Below the pieces are notes generated by a model. It was not told the DNA's origin and ran no database searches. It worked only from the letters and a program-made list of their open reading frames with translations. Below, piece after piece: positions 12,621 through 26,038 of a DNA stretch of 64,000 nucleotides; positions within the stretch are counted from its first letter, which is position 1, and each line of letters starts with the position of its first letter. Origin of the DNA: Octopus vulgaris (Eukaryota); assembly GCA_951406725.2 (NCBI GenBank), contig OX597842.1, positions 4,340,001-4,404,000 on the forward strand, in the 5' to 3' direction. The translations under genes and the position numbers were made by a program.

Positions 12621-13295
12621 TCTCTCTGTATAACCAAATCTCAACATATGTGTTGTGTGTGTACGTATATTCATATGATTGTGTGCTGTCTCTGAGTATG
12701 TGGAAAGAATGTAGCCAACCAGTTCATCAATAATCAACCACAGTCTCAGGATCACTCTGCAAGAATCTCTGTGATATGAATAATATATATATATTGTACA
12801 TTAAATCTACTACACAACATCAGTGTGTGTGTTTGTGTGCGTGTGTGTGTGTGTGTGGGTGTGTGTGTATATATATAATATATACATACATACACATAGA
12901 GATATACATACATACATATATGTATTCATACATAGTGCATATTTTATATAATGGCTGTCTGTGTGTGTGTGTTCTAGGATCTCGGGCATCCTCCATCCTA
13001 TTGCGCTCAAATTTTATATGTTGATACCGACGGTATCAGGGCGTGTATAAGTCTTGAAAAAATTACAAAAATTGATTCCAGATGAGAATGCGATCGATAA
13101 AGCAAGTACATCAGCTGTTGCGATCGATACTACGCGTACGCGAGAAAAATGCACGTGCAGTTTGCGTAAAAAAAAGCCGGGTGGCTTGAAATAATGCCAC
13201 AAAATCGAACGGTCGGAGAAGTTGTTATGAGAAAATTTGGTTTAAATGTTTGACAACTCAGCACCGTCCATTGGACGGGGTTGGGCGTTTTGCTC

Positions 13296-13296
<1 letters not shown>

Positions 13297-13351
<55 letters not shown>

Positions 13352-13532
13352 GTATGTATATATATGTATATGTATGTATGTATCTGTATGTATATATATG
13401 TATCTGTATGTGTATATATATGTATATATATGTATGTATCTGTATGTATATATATATGTATATATATGTATGTATCTGTATGTATATGTATATGTATGTA
13501 TCTGTATGTATATATATGTATGTATATATATG

Positions 13533-13577
<45 letters not shown>

Positions 13578-13629
13578 CTGTATGTATATATATGTATATA
13601 TATGTATGTATATGTATGTATGTATATAT

Positions 13630-13686
<57 letters not shown>

Positions 13687-13700
13687 TACATATATGAAAT
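13297..13700. repeat. (TA)n / TATGTATC-type degenerate microsatellite
   Basis: Direct reading. Confidence 0.9.
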
Positions 13701-14639
13701 ATATATCGTAGTGGTGGATCTCCGTTGACCGACGATGAGGATTCAGTTGTGTTACTCAACTGAATTACCTGCTCCTGACTTAATATAAGTGTTTGAGGAT
13801 CCTCGCAGATAACTGGACTTGAATGGCATTCGCTGCAGAATCTTATCTCGGGGAATAAATTTCTTCCGAAAGACTTCATTTTTGCACCCAACGTCTAAAG
13901 AGAGAAAATTGATTCCCAAACCCAAATCCCGCAGCGAGTGCTTTATTTTGGCGGGCATCTTACGCCAAATGGGCTCCTTATTATAAGTCTCCAATTCTGC
14001 ACACATCAATGCCTATTGCATCATTTAACATATTTAGTTCGCAGTCATTTGACCCATGATTAACATAAACACTATACATTTTTGTTCTGACAATGTATTA
14101 TATTACGTCTTAGATTTCCTTCCATAGTTTATCATTCGGTTGTCTCTCTGTATGATAAATGGTTTGTCTGTATTGCATTGCTTTCCATTAAATTATGTTC
14201 TCGACTTCATTCCATAAGTAACGTTACATACAAAAACCATTAAAAATATATTTATATATAAGCTCATGAATGGATGTGTTGTAAGTAGCTTCCGGATTTA
14301 GTACCCTGGGCAAGTGTCTTACAAAGAATAAGTACTGGGGTCGATTTGTTCGACGAAAGGCGGTGCTCCAGCATGGCCACAGTCAAATGACTGAAATAAA
14401 TAAAAGAATAAAAGAATGTATATATTTTCAATCCGTAAATTCCTATATCCTTAATTTCTTATTTTCTTCTCGTTTCAGGTGAGTGGTGGCTTTTATTCAA
14501 AGATTTTTTACTCTTTTTATCCGAAATTCGTGAGTAACGCTTTTGAATTTCTTGGAAATGTTGTAAGTGATGCTTCTTTTTATTCAAAATTGAGCCACAT
14601 TTTCTTCTAATTCTAAATTTGGCAAAATCCTGTTGTCTT

Positions 14640-14925
14640 ATTATTTTTAACTCTAGTTTTATCGGAACTGGAGTCTTGCATGCGTAGCGAGCTTGCTCTC
14701 TGCAGCCAATGGTAACTTGCTTTTGTCTTTTTTTGCTTTGTTTTTTCCAACTATCTGATATTTTCCTGGTGATTCTGGTCAAACCAAGGAGGCAAACGTT
14801 TTGTAATAGTTCTACTGGGTACTCTATTCCGATTTCCTTTATATTCCTCTTGATGTCTTCAGACACTTCCCCAAAGACCCAACAATAATTGGCACTATCT
14901 TCACTTTCATTTTCCATTGTCGAAC
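14640..14925 (-). mobile_element. 3' end of an RLE-type (R4/Dong-like) non-LTR element, degenerate
   Basis: GEVSEDIKRNIKEIGIEYPVELLQNVCLLGLTRITRKI resembles the RLE C-terminus; short TAA arrays on both sides. Confidence 0.6.
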
Positions 14926-14933
14926 AATTATTA

Positions 14934-15132
14934 TTGGCAGAATCGTTAGCACGCCGGGCAAAAATACTTAGCGGTGCGGTACGTTCTGAGTTCAAATTCC
15001 GCCGAGGTCGACTTTGCCTTTCATCCTTTCGGGGTCGATAAAATTAGTACCAGTTACGCACTGGGGTCGATGTAAATTGACTTAATAATCCCTTCCCCCA
15101 AATTTGACTACTTGTGCTTCCAACAGAAAAGA
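14934..15132 (+). mobile_element. SINE family B copy
   Basis: TGGCAGAATCGTTAGCACGCCGGGC...GTACCAGTTACGCACTGGGGTCGAT. Confidence 0.8.
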
Positions 15133-16190
15133 TAATAATAATTATTATTATTATTGAGTGAGTGAGAAAGGAGCACATGCCATCAAAGTGACACTGGGGT
15201 ACAAGTATACGAAGCCCATTATATTACCCATCTGATAAAGGTACACCAGGCACATGCATCACAACCATATGTGTGCAACATGGTGATCTCATATCAATAA
15301 AGACAACACATGACATTGCAAGTGGGGACCTAGTTAGAATTTTTTTCAAGTCGAGTAGCCCATCCCACGCAGAATGTCCTCGATTGAAGGTTGTTGAAGG
15401 ATGATGAATGAAATGCCTATGTTTTCAGAAGTGACTTATTCAAACCCCAAAGAATCCATCCCAACACATGGCTATGATGTTCCCCCACTACTCCTGCTCA
15501 TGATCAGAAATGTACACATCGTGAGCCACCAACGGCCATGCTCGACTTGTTAAGGTCAAACAACTGACAAGCAAAATCTGTGGTATTGAGCAGAATATTT
15601 GCTGTAGCCCATTTTTTATTCCAAGACAAAGCGTGTACATGATAACACTTCCAATCAGTTAAGATCAGAAACCATGAGAACCAGTGCCTGGTATTGCATC
15701 AGGGCATTTATTATTATTGTTGTTGTTGTTGTTGTTGTTGTTGTGCTGATGTGGTTGCTATTATTGGCCATATTTAGAGGTCATCTGTTAATTTACTCCA
15801 GTTTTACAATTTTCTTGACCGTACATATGGCCATCTTTCAAGGTAATCTGTTACTACCTTTACAAATGAGTTGATAGACATATTCCTTAACTACACAATA
15901 TTTCAAATTTCACAGTCCAAGTACTTGCGAGAGTCTAGTATTGTTATAATTTAGAACATCCTTATGTTCATATTCGCCTGTAATTCCTCAATGCATTTAT
16001 TAAAAAGTTACGCACTAATTTGGTTGCATCAGAAATCAATCAGAATTTTAAGTCACAGCTGCTTTCACTTCAGCACTTCTTTAATTCTTTATAGTATTTT
16101 CTGGAACGTGTTATTGGCTATCTTTAATAACTTATCAAAGTCTTTACACAAATAACTGTTTATCAGTCTAGTTGAAGCGGTTATAAAGTG

Positions 16191-16231
<41 letters not shown>

Positions 16232-16805
16232 TTCCTTAATTATAGAAATGATCTTTAGTTCAATAACTAGGTGATAGTCCTTAGTTTCTTTATTAGTATT
16301 TATAGTTAGTTACAATGATGATAAAGAGATGACAACGATAGCAATGATGATGGTGTGTGTGAGGGGGGTCTGTCTCCCAACCACCTGCGAACCAATGTTG
16401 GTTTGTTTGCATCCCTATAACTTAGCAGACTTAGAGGCCAATAGAAGTACCAAGCTAAAGAAAATATGTACTGAAGTCGATTTGTTTTACTAATACCCTT
16501 CAAGCCAGTGCTCCAGTATGGCCAAAGCCTAATGACTGAAGCCAAGTAAAAGATGAAAGATGCACGTTGGCCTCGTGGGTGTGTCTTTGTGTGTTTGGGA
16601 TTAGCCTTGTGACGACGGCGATGATGAGTGTGATGGGAATGATGGTGATGCTGACAATAAGGATTTCGACTGCGCTGGCATTAAGATGATGATAATGGGG
16701 GCGACGGCGATGAGGGTGGCAAGAATGATGATGGTGGTGCTGTGATGGTGGTCACGACAACGATGAACATGATGGTGATGGTGGTGGTATTGTGATGGTG
16801 GTGAT

Positions 16806-17108
16806 TCTTTTATTCTTTTACTTGTTTCAGTCATTTCACTGCGGCCATGCTGGGGCACCGCCTTTAGTCGATCAAATCTACCCCAGGACTTATTCTTTAT
16901 AAACCTAGTACTTATTCTCTCGGCCTCTTTTGCCGAATCGGTTGTCAAGCGATGCTGGGCTTCTTTCAGTTTCCGTCTACCAAATCCACTCACAAGGCTT
17001 TGGTCGGCCGGAGCTATAGTAGAAGACACTTGTCCAAGGTGCCACACAGTGGGACTGAACCCGGAACCATGTGGTTTATAAGCAAGCTACTTACCACACA
17101 GCCACTCC
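16806..17108 (-). mobile_element. SINE family A copy
   Basis: Homology to 3105-3527, with an internal deletion. Confidence 0.8.
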
Positions 17109-17300
17109 CACACGCATGACGTTGACAATAATGATTTGAATGGTGTTGGCATTGATATGGTGGTGGTGAGGATGACAGAGATGATGTTGATGATGATGAT
17201 GGTGAAATTTTACGCTACTGAAACAAGCAAAAGTTTAACTTGACCAGGAAGGAAAAGCAGAATAGCAAGAGATATCGGATCTTTTCGACGACACTCGTGC

Positions 17301-17333
<33 letters not shown>

Positions 17334-17593
17334 TTATTTGACACAGTGGTGTATGATTAAGGAGACTCTACCGAAGAAATTTCTTGTGTGGTTTACACAG
17401 AAATCGAATCAGAGGAAATAAAAACTATCGAACGGGATAATGATAATAATAATAAGAAGAAGAAGAAGAAGAAGAAGAATGGAGTACGGGGAAAGATAAC
17501 AAGATGGCGATGTTTGATTCGAATGGAATGAAAGAGAATACAGGAAATAACATTTTACACAGTATACAAAATTATACAACATCCCTAGAGGGG

Positions 17594-17644
<51 letters not shown>

Positions 17645-17860
17645 CAAAAGCAAAAATAATAATAATAATAGTAATAATAATTCATTTACCGCAAGGGCGG
17701 TAGATGAGGGAATGTAACACATGGTATATTTTACAAAACATGGCGGAGTTCGAAAGAGTGAAAAAAAACCCAGAAAGTGACATTTCACACTGTATACAAA
17801 ATTATATAACATATCCCTCGAGCAGGGACTGTAGTAGTAGTAGTAGTTGTAGTAGTAGTT

Positions 17861-17896
<36 letters not shown>

Positions 17897-18161
17897 AGGG
17901 CAAAGACAAAAGGATGAAGAAGAATATAAATAGTTAAAGTCAATATCAGAAAATAAAGAAATAATGCCGAGCCAAGTTTGTTTTCCGCCATCTTGATATC
18001 GCGAATGTAATTCGATAATGTTTTACTTTGTTGAAGAATTATCGCTGGATAACGTGTTGATATCCATACCGCCATTGTACATAGGCACCACACAGGTGTA
18101 TAAACATACATATATGCATACGCACTTACACGCATATATGTATGTGCATATATATATATAT

Positions 18162-18197
<36 letters not shown>

Positions 18198-18876
18198 GAA
18201 GGTTACTTTCGCATTCAGTGTAGCAGATACTTGTTTTACATTTGCTCGTACACAGACATACACACAAGCTTCAGCATTTCAATGCATATAGTAAATAGTA
18301 CGTTAGCATTTAATAACCTAGTCCGTTAGTGTTTATACATTGTGATTTAAATTCTCTACTCCAATGTGATGGCCCAGTTTATTTGAATTGGAATCTTCAA
18401 GTGAAGATGTGAAATTGTAACTAAAAAACACACACACACACATATATATATCTTCTGCCTGCCAGTTCTGGTTAATCCGTCCAACCCATGCCAGCATGGA
18501 AAACGGACGTTAGAGTATGATGAAAAGAGAGACAAAGAGAAAATAGGTGAGAGATATGCTCAGTACAGAGAACACGTAGTAGTGCTGAAATGAATTTGAA
18601 CTTAAACTCCGAGTTCGTCATCCAGGACAAGGTCCACAGCATCAAGAGTAGCTATACGAGAAATCCAAGACGAGCCAGTAGGTAGTGATGCAGATAAATG
18701 TGTGTCTGTATGTCGAGCCTAGTTGTTTATATATGTGGAGGAGGGCATACATGCACACACACACACACGGGAAGTAGAAATAAGTAGATGTGTCGTCTTG
18801 AACTGGTGTCAGTGTATAAGAGAGACGAACGGAAGTGTTTAGGTAATATATACAGAAAAGATGGACAGGAAATATA

Positions 18877-18999
18877 GGCGCAGGGGTGGCTGTGTGGTAG
18901 TCAGCTTGCTTCCTAACTTCAGGGTTCCAGGTTCAGTCCCATTGCCAACCAAGGTTTTTGTGAGTAGATTTCGTAGCGGAAACTGGAAGAAGCCCGTAG

Positions 19000-19046
<47 letters not shown>

Positions 19047-19170
19047 TTCTGTCGCTTCGTCCCCCGCCACTGCTTGACATCCGTAAATACAGAGGTCGGG
19101 TCATTCGACTAAAAATTCTTCAAGGTAGTGCCCCAGTGTGGCCGCAGTTTAATGACAAGTAGAAGAGAAA
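18877..19170 (+). mobile_element. SINE family A copy (deleted)
   Basis: GGCGCAGGGGTGGCTGTGTGG head, internal TA tract. Confidence 0.7.
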
Positions 19171-19601
19171 AGATTATTGAAGTAACGTGACTTGCAGAAA
19201 AATACTGATTTTTTTGTTTTTTTGTTTCGTAGATATTTAACATTATTTGAATAACCATGAAATTTAATTTCGCGGTTAAAGGGTTAATATTTGCCTGGGT
19301 AATCAAATTTTACAGTGAAAAACGAATCAATATAATTCTCGTAAATGTTCAGGATTCACAGCTTAGCTATTTCATGAATTGCTTGTTTCTGACTGTCGCT
19401 TACGTCACGAGAAAATAGCCCATAAGAGAGGCAGACAGGAAGTAAATTGATTGGTAGATGGTATCGTCTTTGAAAAATGCTGCTTGTGACACCAGAGCAG
19501 CAGACGACAGTGAAAAATACGAGAGAAAAGAGACACAGAGAGTAGCAATAAGTTGCTCGGATAGAGCGGTCGTGCATAACTCTGTGCATATGTGTGTATA
19601 T

Positions 19602-19900
19602 ATTAGGTCGTCTCATAAATTCGTTCGTTATTTTCCATTCATTTCAATCTTTATTTTCAATAGCTTTACGAAATCATTCACTAATATATTCTCCTTCATT
19701 GTTCGCGTCTTCTCGCCAGCGTTCCGTCAGTTAGTGAATTCCCTGACAGTAGAAACCATCTGAGTATTTCATTTGAAGAACTCATTGAGCTTTCGTATTT
19801 TTCCATTTATTTTAATCCTTATTTTTCATTAACGATTTTAACAAATCAGTCAATGATATTTTCTCCTCCATTGTTCACAACTTCTCGTCAGCAATTTGTC
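19602..19900 (-). mobile_element. Mariner 3' end relic
   Basis: Minus strand FYCQGIH*LTERWREDANNEGEYISE* followed by TIR-like end (plus strand TATTAGGTCGTC). Confidence 0.6.
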
Positions 19901-19954
19901 AGTATCACTCTTTTCTTTTCTTTCCCCCATTTTTTTTAAAATTTTGTTTTGCTC

Positions 19955-20310
19955 AATAGACGGTGACCATCTTGGAGCACCTCCATCAAAAGTTTTTAGT
20001 TGAATGAATCGACCCAAGCACTTCTTTTTGAACCTGTTACTTATTCAGTCGCTTCCTTTTGCCGAAGAGCTAAGTTACGGGACGTAAACAAACTAGTACT
20101 GGTTGTCAAACGATGGTGGGACACACACACTCACACATATATGTATGTATATATATAGGGCAGGCTTCTTTCAGTTTCCGTCAACTAAATCCACCCACAA
20201 GGCTTTAGTTGTGACCATAGTAGAAGACACTTGCCCAAGGTTCCACGCAATAAGATTGAACCTGGAGTCATATGGTTGGGAAGCAAGCCTTTTCCGCACA
20301 GCCCACGCCT
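19955..20310 (-). mobile_element. SINE family A copy (older)
   Basis: Homology to the family; a second head fragment follows at 20362-20490. Confidence 0.7.
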
Positions 20311-20315
20311 GCATG

Positions 20316-20362
<47 letters not shown>

Positions 20363-20686
20363 GATGGGTTTCTTTCAGTTTCGCTCTACCAAATCTATTG
20401 AAGGCCTTAGTCGGCTCGAGGCTATTGTAGAAGATACTATCCGAAGGTGCCATATGGCTAGGGACAAAACCCTTTACCACACAACCACACCTTGATGGTA
20501 AAATCACTGGGTTTTCCCTCGAGGAACTCATCGAATCTTCGTATTTTTCCATTTATTTTAACACTTATTTTTCATCAACTTCAACAAATCATATTCTCTT
20601 GTGTCTGGGGAGAGTCGTTTTCTTTTGAGCCTTATTATTTAACACACACACTGGTAAAATTTCCACTTATTTCTTATTTTATTTTC

Positions 20687-20723
20687 CTAAAATTTTCGTT
20701 GCGTCTTGCAACCTTTTCAATAG
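20687..20723 (-). ncRNA. Candidate minimal hammerhead, U3-A8 variant
   Basis: Minus strand CTA-TTGAAAA-G-GTTGC-AAGAC-GCAAC-GAAAA-TTT-TAG. Confidence 0.45.
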
Positions 20724-21275
20724 TCTTGACTCTGTTCAAAAACGAAATTTAACAAATCTGTTAATTGATAGATTCTCCTCCGACGTTCCACCAATTCTAT
20801 CAATGCTTTGATGGTTAAAACTCGCTGGTTTGCCAATCGGAAAATTCAAAGAACCGAACGGATTTGTCTGACAACCGAACATTATACGAGATACATTGTG
20901 TATATAAGAGGTAGATAGGGAAACGGAGAGGAGGTGGTAGGGCGTAGAGTGATAGATAGACGGTTCGATCTTGTAAAGCATCGTGGGAATTTTGACGTAT
21001 GTCAGAACAACAACAAAAAAATTATTTTTTTGTTTCAAAATTATTCAAATAAATTTAAAAGGAGAACAAAAGTTCTCCCGCCGCCATCCACCAGGTCTGC
21101 CATTTTCGCCGCCGCCGCCGTCTGCCACTTCCCATGTCGTGGCTTCACAATAAACTTCATTCTTCTTCTTCTCATATTTTTCTCTTTCCTTTCATATTCC
21201 ATCTCTTTTCCTTCCTTCCTTCTCTTTTTTTCTTCATTACTGCTCTTCTTCTTGTCTTGTTCATCCGATTTTCTA

Positions 21276-21306
<31 letters not shown>

Positions 21307-21749
21307 CTTCTTCTTCTTCTTCTTCTTCTTCTTCTCCAGTTCTTCCTTCACATTCAGTCTCCTTCCTTTTACATTCTTCTAACTTCCACTCATTCGCCGA
21401 CACACACACACACACACACACCACCCCCCACATTCCCCTGTTCCAATCCGACATTCCTTACTCACTATAAAATTGGCGGGAAATAAGCGGGTGGTTTGTA
21501 GTGGGGAGGGGTGGCACCAGTTTTACAGAGGGGGTGAGAGAGGGGAAGGGGTAGTTTCAATTAATTGTCACTGTCTCTGTCCCTCCTCCCCCTCTCACTC
21601 TCTCTCCCTCTCTCGATCTCATATCGGGGAACATCTATAATTTAAAGATTACACCTCCACACACACACACACCCTATAAAGTACATTCACACACATAGAA
21701 ACGACTGCAGGCACATACATACTTCCGTAAAACAGACACTCTTCCCCCA

Positions 21750-21850
21750 CCCCACATATGTGTGTGTATGTGTGTATATATACATATATATATATCTGTG
21801 TGTGTATATGTGTATATATACATATATATATATCTGTGTATGTATGTATG

Positions 21851-21881
<31 letters not shown>

Positions 21882-22533
21882 GCGTGTGTGTGTGTATAGG
21901 TATATATATATGTATGTGTATATGTGTATGTATATGTATATATATATATATATATATGTGTGTGTATATATATGTATATATATATATATACATACACATA
22001 TGTATGTGTGTGTGTGTATGTGTATGTCTATATGTATATATCTGTATGTACGTATGCATATGTGTATATCTATTTGTGTATATATGCATGTGTATATGTA
22101 TGTATATATGTATGTATATATATATGTTATATAATTCTGTATGTATTATAACATGCCTTCACGCATACGTAGGAACACCGGGACACACACACACACCAGG
22201 ATGAGGTTATACCCATACGCACACATACATACCATACATAGAACATGCTCATACTAACATACACACATCCAGATTTACAACGCTCAGCCACACACACACA
22301 CACACACACACACATGCGTATCGGCATACCACACTACAGCGTGTGTCATGTCAGGTTATCACCATAGCAACGTCGATTGGCCATCAATCATCTTTATCAG
22401 ATCGATACTAATCTAAGTGAAAGGTTTTATAGTTGTATCTGTCTGCGTATGCATATGCGCATGTAGTGACGTTTATGCCTGCCTCTGTGTTCGGGTGTGC
22501 TTTATTAATGCTCATAAATATATTTGTGCACGC

Positions 22534-22602
<69 letters not shown>

Positions 22603-22668
22603 CATGTATATATATATATATATATATATTTGCATGTATATATATATATTTGCATGTATATATATTTG

Positions 22669-22699
<31 letters not shown>

Positions 22700-22818
22700 T
22701 TGCATGTATATATATATATTTGCATGTATATATATATATTTGTATGTATATATATATATATATATATTTGCATGTATATATATATATTTGCATGTATATA
22801 TATATATTTGCATGTATA

Positions 22819-22850
<32 letters not shown>

Positions 22851-22948
22851 TTGTATGTATGTATATATATATATATATATATATTTGTATGTATATATAT
22901 ATATTTGTATGTATATATATATATTTGCATGTATATATATATATTTGC

Positions 22949-22988
<40 letters not shown>

Positions 22989-22993
22989 ATGTA

Positions 22994-23044
<51 letters not shown>

Positions 23045-23057
23045 ATATATATATTTG

Positions 23058-23097
<40 letters not shown>

Positions 23098-23260
23098 CAT
23101 GTATGTATATATATTTGTATGTATATATATATGCATGTATGTATATATATTTGTATGTATATATATATATATATATATTTGTATGTATATATATATATAT
23201 TTGAATGTATATATATATATATATTTGTATGTATATATATATGTGTGTGTGTGGGTGGGT
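21750..23260. repeat. Large compound microsatellite/minisatellite, including TTTGCATG(TA)n units at 22590-23240
   Basis: Direct reading; interrupted by a unique island at about 22130-22530. Confidence 0.9.
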
Positions 23261-23700
23261 GTGTATGTGTCTAGATGTTTAGACACGTTTCCGTATTTGT
23301 GTGTGCTTACTAATGCTCTTTAAAATATTGGTGCGTGTGTATATATGTGTGCACGTGCGTTTGTTGCTGATAGATGTCTATTTTATTGTGTGTAACTATT
23401 AATAATTATAAATATAAGCATGTGTGTGTATACATGTGTGTATGTGTCAATTGTTGCTTGTACATGTATGTAATTCTCCGCAGGCCTGTGTGCTCGCGTG
23501 CAGCGGTGTACAGATGCATGTTGAAATAAATGGTCTCATGCTTGTGTAATGTGTTTGAGGTGTCTGCATATTTGCGCATTGATATTTACATGTGAATCGG
23601 TATATATAATACACATGCATTCTCTCAACCAGGTATACGAATGCAGTTAGATATGTATGCCTGCAAACTCTGGTACAACATGCACGCAATTACACGTATA

Positions 23701-23747
<47 letters not shown>

Positions 23748-23748
<1 letters not shown>

Positions 23749-23912
23749 CGCAGGAGTGGCTGTGTGGTAAGTAGCTTGCTTACCAACTACATGGTTTTGT
23801 GTTCAGTCCCACTGCGTGGCAACTTGGGCATGTGTCTCCTACTATAGCCTCGGGCCAAGCAAAGCCTTGTGAGTGGATTTGGTAAACGGTAACTGAAAGA
23901 AGCCCGTCGTAT
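23748..23912 (+). mobile_element. SINE family A 5' half
   Basis: Head through GAAAGAAGCCCGTCG. Confidence 0.8.
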
Positions 23913-24149
23913 ATATATATAAATGGGTGGCTGGGTGGGGATGCTTATCTCCCCCTTGTAAACATAAGGACACAGGAAATGTGTCAAAGACGACAGGAAG
24001 CGTTGCTGCTTCCTAGGGCTAAATAGCAGTTGTATGATTCCCTTCCTGGGACTGTCACATTAAGTTAACAGTATACAACTTCTCTATCGTACCACTACTT
24101 CATATATATCTCTGAGATATTTAGAAATGTAATATATATATATATATAT

Positions 24150-24538
24150 AAATTAATTGTTATCGCCATATTAATATGGCATTCTTATAGATATAAGAAT
24201 AATCGCTGCCGCTGGTCAGCTCCATGAAGCCACCGCCATCAAGATAGCTATTGTTACACGATCTGTATCCATTATAACCTTCGAACAAGGGAGGTCAGCC
24301 GCTTCACACTGCCAGTCCGACAGCTACAGACGCGTTTCGGGGTATTGCCCCTTGTCAATGTAGCGCAGTCAGACCCGCAGGTGTCGCCACTGACATCTCT
24401 GTTCGAAGGTTTCTATTTACCTAGTTTCAGTGGAATACATCCACTTGTTTTCAATAATAGAAATATTAAAATTACTAAGTCTCTATAAAAGAGATTACGG
24501 CAGCGTTTACTGGAAATTAATTGTTATCGCCATATTAA
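24150..24538 (-). mobile_element. Retrozyme-like/PLE-derived non-autonomous unit with 25-bp terminal direct repeats
   Basis: AAATTAATTGTTATCGCCATATTAA at 24150-24174 and 24514-24538; internal hammerhead and long hairpin. Confidence 0.6.
24323..24364 (-). ncRNA. Minimal type I hammerhead ribozyme, U3-A8 core variant
   Basis: Minus strand GCTACA-TTGACAA-GGGG-CAATA-CCCC-GAAAC-GC-GTC-TGTAGC; helices I and II perfect, helix III palindromic (ACGCGT). Confidence 0.75.
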
Positions 24539-25644
24539 GAATGTGTATGTCTGTGTGAGCCCGCACGCGTGCATGTATGTGTGTATGTATGTATCTATTA
24601 AATTTGAGAGCTGGATCTTGACAGTCAGAACTTCTCATTTAGGATATTTGGAAGAATATAGAAAGAGAAACAAATGGATTTTATGGGCAGCTGGTATTTG
24701 AAATATAGGAAGATGATGATTTCTGAATTAGAGGTGGAATTATGGAGTTATGCAAAACAATATCATTTTGTATAACGCGAGTATGAAAGGATATAGGAAA
24801 ACGTGTATCAAACTGCCTAATCGTAAAATAAAATCTAATGTTATTGAACTTGCCTGAAACAAAACGTCACGATACGAATGAGATTGCACAAAATAATTTT
24901 AAGACATCAATCTAGGAAACTGAAGACAATAAGTTTGATATTGTTTTAAATATCCTCTAAACTCATCCATCTATTGTACCTCTAATAGATTAGTTTTTCT
25001 GATTATTTAAGTCGTACATGTTTTTATTTATGCTGTAAATGTTTTTTTTTAATTTAGCGAAAAACTTGCCACTAAAGCATAATTTACTTCACAAATTCTA
25101 ACGGTATCCACCATACATATATGTGAAAGCATACCGAAGGAATAATCATTTTATTCTAATGCACTAGTTTCTTTTAGATTCCAAATATACTTAGAAAGGA
25201 TTGCTGTACATTCTTTACTTCAATTTCTTCATTGAATCCAAACGTTGGCAAAAACGAGCTTTGCAAGAGTTTTCTTTAAAACCAATATTAAAACCTTCTC
25301 TGAGAAGAAACAATTGTTTGACGAACTACTTTTACTGGTGTTTGAAGTGACGGTATTATCATTGTTGGAAAGACTTTAAACATGGAATGGTTAGTTGAAA
25401 CATTTAAATTCTTAACAGCAACAACAATTTACCTTCATCGAGTTTCTGTTGAAAATCTAACATTTTTACAACATCGCTAAACGGAAAACAATATTGATTT
25501 TTGCAAAATATACAATAGTACTATGCAATTTTATAACATATACACTAGTGTAGACATTTAAAATAATTTATTATACACTAAAATATATTATTTTTTCATG
25601 ATGTCGCTAAACGATCGTGATCTTATGTACACAGACATATATAT

Positions 25645-26038
25645 ATAAGTTCAGTCAAATTTAGATTTAGATGAATATGGTACTTAAGTTGAAGGCACCA
25701 TAATTTAGTATGGTATTATCCATTTAATTTAAAATAAGAAGATTATAATCAAAATAAGCAACAAGGATATTCAGAGTTAATGCAGTACGGTCGTTTCATG
25801 CGCCTCCATTTAATTGAACAATGCATACATTACATCAATTTAAAATGTAGAGCAATCTTAAATAAATAAAAATATTATACAAATGAGTCCTTCGAATTTA
25901 ACCAAATTCTATATTTTTATGCAGCTGAAGATTGCTCCACACTTTAAATTGATGTAATGTTTCCATTGTTCAATTAAATGGAGTCGCATGAAACGATCGT
26001 ACTGCATTACCTCTGGATATCCTTGCTGCTTATATTGA

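Noticed and set aside
15157-15710. About 550-bp complex segment flanked by (TTA)n on both sides
   Set aside because: Probably a retroelement derivative, but it is single-copy in the window with no motif I can assign.
21041-21454. Poly-Glu/Lys ORF (minus) and poly-Ser ORF (plus)
   Set aside because: Produced by a (CTT)n tract and pyrimidine-rich flanks; no evidence of a real exon.
22417-23323. Long ORFs (up to 296 aa) rich in YI, VC or HT repeats here and across the window
   Set aside because: They are translations of stop-free (TA)n, (TG)n and (CA)n microsatellites, with no domain content.
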